A stretch of DNA of 64,000 bases, from assembly GCA_050177605.1 (NCBI GenBank), contig JBFXGX010000002.1:64001-128000 (forward strand), in the 5' to 3' direction. Under the pieces are notes generated by a model. It saw only the letters and a list, made by a program, of their open reading frames with translations, was not told the origin of the DNA and made no database searches. Position 1 is the stretch's first letter. Every line of letters starts with the position of its first letter. Source of the stretch: Candidatus Izemoplasmatales bacterium (GTDB lineage Bacteria > Bacillota_I > Bacilli_A > Izemoplasmatales > Hujiaoplasmataceae). This document shows positions 39,501 through 48,200 of the stretch, in pieces. A program made the translations under genes and the position numbers.

Positions 39501-40730
39501 ATGAAGACAGAAGGCATTTTAATCCGTTTTGGAGATTTAACAATCAAAGGTAAAAATCAGAAGTTATTTGTACGAGCTATCAATGAATTAATTAAGGAGA
39601 AACTCGAAGGTCTAGAAATTGAATATGATTTTAATCATGACCGACTATATATATTCTTTGAAAAAGAAGTGAAAGAGGAAGTTAAAAAGAGATTGCTTTA
39701 TGTATCCGGGCTCTATTCTTTTAGTGAAATCATCAAGGTAGAAAAAGATATCGAGTTGATTGCCGCAAAAGCTATTGAATTGATTATCCAAGAAACAAAA
39801 GAACTACCGACCTTGTTTAAAGTAGATACAAAGAGAGCTGACAAAAATTTTCCGATTAACTCGATGGATTTTTCAAAACAAATATCGGGCAAGATTTTAA
39901 GAAACTGCCCGTTCTTAAAAGTCGATGTTCATCATCCGCAGTTGACACTGGATATCGAAATTAGAAGAGAGTCTGCGTATATCTATATATCTGAAACAAA
40001 AGGTATGGGAGGGTTTCCGCTTCCTATGGGAGGAAAAGGACTCGTTCTACTTAGCGGGGGAATTGATTCTCCCGTCGCATCTTATCTTTCGATGAAAAAG
40101 GGAATTCACATCGAATGTATTCATTTTGAGAGTACCCCCCTTACACCGATGGAATCCGCTCAGAAGATTATTGATATTGCGAGCGTACTCGCGCGTTATA
40201 ATTTAGGAAACAGCGTGAAGATTCTATTTGTTCCTTTCAAAGACATTCACGAACAAATTCTTTTAAAGATACCAGAAGAGTATCATATTACAATTATGAG
40301 AAGAATGATGCTAAGAATCGCCACAGGACTACTAGAACAAAGAAAAGCTAAAGTATTAATTACCGGTGATTCGATCGGTCAAGTTGCATCTCAAACGATT
40401 GAATCGTTAAATACGATCCAAAATGTAACGGATGCATTAATCTTAAGACCTTTAACTACTTATGATAAACTGGATATAATTAAGATTGCTTCAGAGATTG
40501 AAACTTTAGCAATTTCGAATCGTCCATTTCAAGATTGTTGCACGGTGTATACGCCAAAAAATCCTGCAATTCATCCGACGATTAAAATTGCACAACGCTA
40601 CGAATTAAACTTCGATTATCAGCCGATGATTGAAGAAGCCATTAAAAAAACGAAGATACTTACAGTTAGAAAAGATTTACCTGTGAATATTACAACGAAG
40701 GGCTGGGTATTACAAGAGGTGTTGGAATGA
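39501..40730 (+). CDS. thiI: tRNA 4-thiouridine synthase ThiI (no rhodanese domain)
   Basis: THUMP domain, SGGIDS PP-loop, GQVASQT, DCC motif. Confidence 0.96.
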   Translation: MKTEGILIRFGDLTIKGKNQKLFVRAINELIKEKLEGLEIEYDFNHDRLYIFFEKEVKEEVKKRLLYVSGLYSFSEIIKVEKDIELIAAKAIELIIQETKELPTLFKVDTKRADKNFPINSMDFSKQISGKILRNCPFLKVDVHHPQLTLDIEIRRESAYIYISETKGMGGFPLPMGGKGLVLLSGGIDSPVASYLSMKKGIHIECIHFESTPLTPMESAQKIIDIASVLARYNLGNSVKILFVPFKDIHEQILLKIPEEYHITIMRRMMLRIATGLLEQRKAKVLITGDSIGQVASQTIESLNTIQNVTDALILRPLTTYDKLDIIKIASEIETLAISNRPFQDCCTVYTPKNPAIHPTIKIAQRYELNFDYQPMIEEAIKKTKILTVRKDLPVNITTKGWVLQEVLE

Positions 40731-41266
40731 AACAACTTGAAACAAACAGATTAATACTTCGTGATTTTACACTAGACGACGTTGATGATTTATATGAATA
40801 TGCATCCTTAGATACTGTGGGTCCAAGCGCTGGCTGGGCGCCACACAATTCAAAACATGAGTCGCTGCAGATTTTAAGACACTTCATCGAAAAACAAGAT
40901 GTATGGGCAATTGAGTTAAAAGAAGAAGGAAAAGTCATTGGATCGATTGGATTACATAAGCGAATCAATGTTGAAGGAAGACTCCTCCACGAAGTTGGTT
41001 ATGTACTATCCACACCATATGAAGGGCATGGATACATGACGGAGGCTTGTAAAAAGGTCTTAAATTATGCTTTTATGGATCTTGACGTTGATATTGTCAA
41101 GGTAGCTCATTTCCTTGGAAATGACAAATCGAGAAGGGTCATTGAAAAATGTGGATTCATCTATGAAAAAGAAGGAACACATCAATCGTTAAGCTATGGT
41201 CCTAAATTATCAAAAATCTATTATATGACAAAAACAGAGTATCTACACATGGAGGGAATATTATGA
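40727..41266 (+). CDS. GNAT acetyltransferase (RimJ/RimL type)
   Basis: LETNRLILR, EVGY, GHGYMTEA, N..SRRVIEKCGF. Confidence 0.9.
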   Translation: MKQLETNRLILRDFTLDDVDDLYEYASLDTVGPSAGWAPHNSKHESLQILRHFIEKQDVWAIELKEEGKVIGSIGLHKRINVEGRLLHEVGYVLSTPYEGHGYMTEACKKVLNYAFMDLDVDIVKVAHFLGNDKSRRVIEKCGFIYEKEGTHQSLSYGPKLSKIYYMTKTEYLHMEGIL

Positions 41267-43020
41267 ACAATTGGGATTTATCAAAATTTTATTTAGGATT
41301 TCAAGATCCAAAATTTCTTGAAGACTTGGAAACTTTTCAAAAAGAAATTAAAGCGTTAGCTTCACTTGAATCATCTTTTTCAGGGCAAGAAAATGCACAA
41401 GAAAAATTAGTTGATTTCTTGACAAAACTATCGAATTTTTACAAATTAACTGACAAGTTAATGCAATTCGCATCCTTATCATCTTCGACGGATTCAACGA
41501 ATATGGAAGCTATCAAAGCAATGAATAAAATGCAATCAGAATTAGCGAAACTTGCACGTGTTTCAACCGCATTCAGCAAGTGGCTTGTAACACTTCCTTC
41601 CCTTGAGGAAATGTTAAAAGCGAACCCTTTTTTAGAGGAACATGCATTTATCATTCAAGAAATGAGACAAAATGCCACTCATTTGCTAGATGAAGATACA
41701 GAAAGTTTAATTGCTGAATTAAAACAATCTGGTTCTTTAGCATGGGATCGTCTTCAATCATTACTCACTTCTACTGTAGCAGTCGATTATGAGGGAAAAG
41801 AAATTACATTATCAGAAGTTCGTAATCTTGCGTATGAACCAGAAGCCGAAGTGAGAAAAAATGCTTATTTTGCAGAATTAGCAGCTTATAAGAAAATTGA
41901 TCAATCTGTAGCATTTAGCCTCAATGCAATTAAGGGAGAAGTCAATGTTCTTTCTAAAAAAAGAGGATATGCATCGCCACTTGATCAAACCCTTGAACAA
42001 AGTCGTATTTCAAGAAAAACCCTTGATTCAATGATTAGTGCAATGGAAGATTACTTAGAAATGTTCCGCGCTTATCTCAAAAGAAAAGGTGAATTACTTG
42101 GACATAAAAATGGTTTACCTTTCTATGATTTATTCGCACCTATGGGCAAAGTTAGTCAAACTTTCACTGTAGAAGAAGCCAATGCATACATTTTAAAGAA
42201 TTTTGGTACATTTAGTCCTAGACTACATGAAATGGCTGAACGTGCTTTTAGAGATCATTGGGTTGATTACCTTCCTAAAAAAGGAAAAGTTGGTGGAGCA
42301 TTCTGTTCTAACGCTCACAGTATCAAAGAATCTCGTGTATTAACGAATTTTACAGGTTCATTTAGTGATGTAATTACATTAGCCCATGAACTTGGACATG
42401 CTTATCATGGCGAAGCGATTTTTACAGAATCTATTTTAAATGCTGAATACACAATGCCAGTGGCTGAAACAGCATCTACTTTCTGTGAAACCATCGTGAA
42501 TAAAGCAGCATTAAAAGATGCAAAAACTGTGGATGAAAAAATCAATTTGCTTGAGTCTTCTATTCAAGATTATACCCAAGTTATTGTAGATATCTTATCA
42601 AGATTTTACTTTGAAAAGTCTGTTTTCGAAGGAAGAGTCACTACAATTTTTGATGAAAATGAATTAAAAGAATTGATGCTTGACGCTCAAAAAAGAACCT
42701 ATGGTGATGGTTTAGATCCTGCGTTCTATCATCCATATATGTGGTTATGTAAATCGCATTACTACAGTGGCGGGTTAAGTTATTACAACTTCCCATACGC
42801 TTTTGGATTATTGTTTGCCAAAGGATTATACGCGAAGTATTTAGAAGATAAAGATGCCTTTGTTCCATTATATGATGAATTATTAAGTGCTACAGGAAGA
42901 AATACTTGTGAAGATGCAGCAAAGATAGCTGGAATTGACGTTACTGATAAAGCATTCTGGGTCTCTAGTTTAGAGCTATTAAAAGAAGATATTACACTTT
43001 TCCTTGAATTAACAAAATAA
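41263..43020 (+). CDS. pepF: M3B oligoendopeptidase F
   Basis: WDLS N-terminus, GGAFC, HELGH zinc motif, AETAS, YNFPYAFG. Confidence 0.92.
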   Translation: MNNWDLSKFYLGFQDPKFLEDLETFQKEIKALASLESSFSGQENAQEKLVDFLTKLSNFYKLTDKLMQFASLSSSTDSTNMEAIKAMNKMQSELAKLARVSTAFSKWLVTLPSLEEMLKANPFLEEHAFIIQEMRQNATHLLDEDTESLIAELKQSGSLAWDRLQSLLTSTVAVDYEGKEITLSEVRNLAYEPEAEVRKNAYFAELAAYKKIDQSVAFSLNAIKGEVNVLSKKRGYASPLDQTLEQSRISRKTLDSMISAMEDYLEMFRAYLKRKGELLGHKNGLPFYDLFAPMGKVSQTFTVEEANAYILKNFGTFSPRLHEMAERAFRDHWVDYLPKKGKVGGAFCSNAHSIKESRVLTNFTGSFSDVITLAHELGHAYHGEAIFTESILNAEYTMPVAETASTFCETIVNKAALKDAKTVDEKINLLESSIQDYTQVIVDILSRFYFEKSVFEGRVTTIFDENELKELMLDAQKRTYGDGLDPAFYHPYMWLCKSHYYSGGLSYYNFPYAFGLLFAKGLYAKYLEDKDAFVPLYDELLSATGRNTCEDAAKIAGIDVTDKAFWVSSLELLKEDITLFLELTK

Positions 43021-43080
43021 TTTTCCAACAAAAAGCACATTTCACTTGTTTATATTGATGAAGTGAATGGAGGAATCTAT

Positions 43081-45066
43081 ATGAAAAGTATTGTAATCTT
43101 AAAAAGATTTATCGTATTATCTTTATTTGTTTTCTTTGTTGGTATTTTAAGTGCTTGTCAATCCGGAACTTTTCCAACAACGACAAAAGAAACAAACCTT
43201 GTTTCTGAAGTAGGAAGTTTCACAAATTATGCAGCTCTTCAAAGCTATTTAGAAACCTATTATACAAATAACTATGGGGATTATTATTATCGTGGCGATT
43301 TAGTTAATGCAGTCACAGATGAATCAATCGCTGACGCTCCTCAAACGACAGATAATTCAACTGCTGATTTTGGAACCGATGGTAGCGCAGATTACTCTAA
43401 AACAAATGATCAAGTTGAAGGGGTTAATGAATCCGATCGTATTCTTACGGATGGACGATATATCTATGTCATTACAAATTCAACATTCTTTATGATTGAT
43501 GCTTCAAATCTAGAAATCGTCAACCAATTTTCAACTGAAAATAGTTGGTATATTGGCATGTATTTAACAGATGATTCAGTTATATTACTTTCTTCAGAAT
43601 ATAATTATGATCAAAATGAATATTCAGTAGATGACAAAATGGGTGGCGTTTACTACTATTATCGTTACTCTTATGGAATTAGAGTCAATGTTTATAGTTT
43701 AGAAGATCCTGAAAATCTTACAGTTACTAAATCACTTTATTTTGATAGTTCAAACTTAGTCAGTTCTCGCGTAATCAATAACACTTTGTATTTGGTTATG
43801 GATAATTATCAAATTTATTATGGTTATGATACCAATCATTTTATTCCTGAATATACTGATTCAGCGATTGGTGATGAAGTTGTAACCGTTCCTGCAAATC
43901 AAATTTATTATATGCCAAACGATACAACTTCAATGGGATATTTAATTCTTGCTAGTGTCAATTTAGGAGATGATTCTCCTGCAGATGTCAGTGCATATTT
44001 AGGTAGTTCATATCAAATCTATATGTCTCTTGATAATCTATACACAACCGTATATCGTTATGATTACATCGAAGAAACTAGTTCTTATACTCAAACAACT
44101 TATATTTTACGTTTCCAAATTGATGAGGGACGTTTAGTATATCAAGCTTGTGGAGAAATATATGGTGTACCGCTCGATCAATTCTCAATGGATGAATATG
44201 ATGGCGTATTCCGTATTGCGACGACGACTTATTCATGGGCTAGTACTGGAAGTAGAACAACCAATCAATTATTCTTGCTCGATGCCACTTCCACAGGAGA
44301 GATGAATCTGATTAGTGTACTTGGTGGACTTGGAAAAGAAAATGAACGAATCTATGCCGTGAGATATAACGGCGGAGTAGCTTACGTTGTTACGTTCGTT
44401 AATACCGACCCATTATATAAACTCGATTTAAGTGATCCAGCAAATCCTGCAGTGATTGGTGAACTTTATGAGGAAGGCGTCTCTGATTATCTCCACCTAG
44501 TCAATGATAACTTGATGATAGGAATTGGAAGACAAGCTGAAGTTGACGAATATGGATGGACAAGATTTACTGGAGTCAAAGTGTCACTTTATGATACAAG
44601 TGGTGATACACCAGTCATCTTATCTAGTTATTTTATCGAAAGTGATTATTCATACACACCAGTCACATATGATCATAAGGCGTTTGTATATTATGAACCT
44701 ACGGGGGAAAATTATATGTATTTCGTTATACCAGTAGAAGAATACACAATTGTCTATAATGAGACGAATCCAGATTGGTATTATGGTTATGCCTATAGTG
44801 GTAATGCTTATGTTTTCAAAGCTTATTATGATGGAACCTTAGAATTTGTATCGAAATTAACTCATTATATTCCAGATTCAGAAAACCCTTGGTATTCCTA
44901 TTACGATTCAATTGACCGCACAGTCATCATCTCTCATTATATTTACACTGTTTCTTATTCAAAGATTCAAATGTATGATATGAATAATGGATTTGAACTT
45001 ATGAATCAAACTGAACTTGAGTCAGATTATTACTGGGGATTTTGGGGTTACGCACTCGTTGACTAA
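43081..45066 (+). CDS. Beta-propeller domain lipoprotein
   Basis: Lipobox LSAC; YSKTNDQVEGVNESDRILTDG, DQFSMDEYDG.FRIATT, ERIYAVRY, TDPL, SDYLH motifs. Confidence 0.85.
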   Translation: MKSIVILKRFIVLSLFVFFVGILSACQSGTFPTTTKETNLVSEVGSFTNYAALQSYLETYYTNNYGDYYYRGDLVNAVTDESIADAPQTTDNSTADFGTDGSADYSKTNDQVEGVNESDRILTDGRYIYVITNSTFFMIDASNLEIVNQFSTENSWYIGMYLTDDSVILLSSEYNYDQNEYSVDDKMGGVYYYYRYSYGIRVNVYSLEDPENLTVTKSLYFDSSNLVSSRVINNTLYLVMDNYQIYYGYDTNHFIPEYTDSAIGDEVVTVPANQIYYMPNDTTSMGYLILASVNLGDDSPADVSAYLGSSYQIYMSLDNLYTTVYRYDYIEETSSYTQTTYILRFQIDEGRLVYQACGEIYGVPLDQFSMDEYDGVFRIATTTYSWASTGSRTTNQLFLLDATSTGEMNLISVLGGLGKENERIYAVRYNGGVAYVVTFVNTDPLYKLDLSDPANPAVIGELYEEGVSDYLHLVNDNLMIGIGRQAEVDEYGWTRFTGVKVSLYDTSGDTPVILSSYFIESDYSYTPVTYDHKAFVYYEPTGENYMYFVIPVEEYTIVYNETNPDWYYGYAYSGNAYVFKAYYDGTLEFVSKLTHYIPDSENPWYSYYDSIDRTVIISHYIYTVSYSKIQMYDMNNGFELMNQTELESDYYWGFWGYALVD

Positions 45067-45080
45067 AGATTATTTTATAT

Positions 45081-45105
45081 AAAGAGCCTTCGGGCTCTTT
45101 TTTTT
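45081..45105 (+). terminator. Intrinsic terminator (UUCG loop)
   Basis: AAAGAGCC-TTCG-GGCTCTTTTTTTT. Confidence 0.9.
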
Positions 45106-45279
45106 ATCAATTTATCACTTTCTGTACAATTTATATAAAAAATAGATGAAAAATATGAAAAAATTTACGTAAAACACCGAAACTGATATAGATTTTTAAT
45201 CTATAAAGTGATATAGTAAAGTTAAGAAATAAGTAATATACGTAATAAAAAATTAATATTTTATAGGAGGGGATTTGTT

Positions 45280-48200
45280 TTGAAACGAAAACTTGTTTTA
45301 ATGTTGCTTATGGTCATTTTTACATTTGTCCTTGCAGGTTGTGATTTTTTAGGCGGAAATACGACAACTACAACCACAGCAACTGACACGCAAGCGTCGA
45401 CTGATACAACAACGACTACGACGACCACGAACACATCGACGACAACAAGCACTACAACAACGACCACCACCACGACAACTACATCAAGTGGACAAGTCGT
45501 AACCACTACTACCACGACTACAACAAGTTCCGGCGTTACAACAACAACTACAGAAGTCACGACGACCACGGAGAGTACCTTTGATCGTCAAGATCTAATA
45601 GATTATTTTATTGATAATGCGACGGGTGAAACACCTACAGCGGATGAAATCGAGGCTCAAATTGATTTCTATCAAGATCTATTCGGTGTTACTTCTGAAG
45701 AAGATTTGTATTACTTGCTTACTGGAATGACGACAGTACTTTCTGGTTTAGATTTAATTGAGACTTTACAGGACGCTCGTAACTGGTATCAAAATGCAAA
45801 AGCATTAGGATTCTCCAGAGAAGTGATCGTTCACATGATGATGAAACTCATTGAACAAAAAATCAATGAGGAAGTATTAAGTTATGATGCCTCTTATTAT
45901 GCAGGTGAAATTGCGGCTTTACAAACTGCAATCGCAGCCAACGAACAAACGATGGTTACGAATCGCACGAATTTAGTCGACTACTGTACTAATCAAACAT
46001 CAAACGTAGATACTTGTACAGGATTTTATGATGCACTTGTGGCTTCATATCTTGCGAACCAAGCCTACTGGGATGAAGTAGATACATCTCGTTGGGAAAC
46101 TTATCGAAACGATTGGGATCAAGATAAACTAAACGATATTTTATGGAATATCGATAGTGTATTATATTATACTTACGAATATGTTGATACAGCAAAACAA
46201 GAGATGTATCAAGCTGCAGTGGATGAATTAACGAATGCATTATCTCCTAGTGAGTCCGCAATGTATCAAAACGCGATTACACTTTATACTGCTTATCAAA
46301 CAATTGAATATCGTGATGTTCGTCAATATGAACACGTTGTTTATCAATTACAGGATAATAATGATTCAAATCTAGGAAATAAAGTTCGCGATTTTTATGG
46401 ATATTATCAAGATGCAGCTAACCAAAAAAATTCAAATGAATATTATATCTATGAATTACAACAAGAACAATTAAGAGCACAGGAACAACATCAAGTGATG
46501 GTTGCCTTCCAAGGCTATATGAATTCAACTGCTGGAAAAGCAAAAGTTGAATTATTAATGATGACCATTTATGATATTTTAGACCATGTCATTATGAACC
46601 TTAGCGAAGATACTTTTAATTTCGTTCTTAATCTACTTCAAGGAAATGTAGCATTAACTCAAGATGATTTAACGAGTGAAAATATCCTTCTTTATACCGG
46701 AATGGTGAAAGAAGTATTGACTTTATTACGCGCTACGCTAACGGTTGAAGATATGGATAATATTGCATCGATTGCAAAAGATATCTTTGGTATGTATATC
46801 CTAACCCAAGATTTAACTCCAGCTGAAATTGCAGCAGTAACTGTCAATGTTAATGCGGCAATCGATCAATATGGACCGATGATTTTATCAACAATCGATG
46901 ATGTGATTGCTTTCTTAGATTCTATCAATCAAACGAAAGCAGATGCCATCATTAACTTTGTAACATTCATTCAATCAGATATGTTTACACAAGAAGAAGT
47001 TGTGATTGAAATAGCATCATTAATGACTGTGATTCTTGGAGATAATGACTTAGACGTTGCAGGATTACTAAGCAATATGACTGAAATTTACTTTGACGTA
47101 CAGTATGGATTCTTCCCAGATGAAGATACTGTTATCTTAGTGAAAACTGCAATCAGCGAGAACGTTGCTCGTATCATTGAACTCGCTGGTATCGTTAAAG
47201 ACTATGATTCGAATAACTTAACAATGGATCAAATGCTCGAAATCGAAGAATTAATGGCCAGAGTGGAAGCAATAACAATGATGTTTAAGGGTGGTTTTGA
47301 ACAAATCTTAAATCCAATTAAATTTGGATATGAAACAGAAGATTTCTACATCCTAATTCAACAACTCGAAGGTCGTGAAATGACTGATGAAGAATTAAAT
47401 GCACAGATTCTTTTATTCGAACAATTATTTGGCCTAACAGATGAACAAGAAACATATTATATGATTACTTCTGTTTTAGGTCTCGTACAACAAGTACAAT
47501 CTTTCACAACAATCACAGAATTCCAAACATGGTTTGCAAGAGTTCATGAACTTGGATTCAGTAACACTGCAATTGCTGGATACATTTTCAATTTCGGACT
47601 CATTAAGTTAAATCAAGATTTGGTTAATGGCGTCAATAGTGGTGAAATTGATTACTGGACTGGTGAGGTTGAGTATTACCAACAAATGATTGATGATTAC
47701 GATTCCTATTTCAATCAAATCGATCAATTGATTGCTGCTGATATCGCTGCACTTAGCCCAGAACTTCAACAAACTGCAATCGATTATTGGAACGCTAAAT
47801 TACAATACTTCATCTATTACAATCATGCAAATGATTTAGTCAATGATGCCATGAACTCGATTGACTACTGGATTCTTGACGGTATACTCAGTTCTCATGA
47901 TAATTATTTATATTATCTTTCAATCTCGGATGGATTTAATGCAAATATGATGGATCAAAACTTCCATCAATTATATGATCCACTTGATTCAATGCAAAAA
48001 GCATTGATTGACGAATTATTAACAGCGCGAGATTTGAAAAATAATTACTATACAAATACGATTGTTCCACTAGAAGATATTTTATATGCTAATCAAGCAT
48101 ATCAAACATTTATCTCCGACGTGATGAATAATGCGTATATGTATCAAAGCAATTTACAAAATATAAGTTGGTATCAAAGCATGATTGACGATGCTACATC

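Noticed and set aside
5598..39547. Longer ORF-track starts (5598, 19180, 37018, 39483, 39547)
   Set aside because: They overlap promoters, RBSs or neighbouring genes; downstream ATGs with good Shine-Dalgarno spacing were used instead.
43038..43070. Imperfect inverted repeat between pepF and the beta-propeller gene
   Set aside because: Weak AT-rich stem with a long loop and no T-tail; cannot be supported as a terminator or operator.
45261..45569. Minus-strand 102-aa poly-valine ORF
   Set aside because: Antisense shadow of the Thr (ACN) tract in the giant lipoprotein; the same applies to 17270-17491.
45361..45579. Possible CRISPR array or phase-variable microsatellite
   Set aside because: No repeat-spacer structure and no pure tandem unit; in-frame synonymous codons are mixed.
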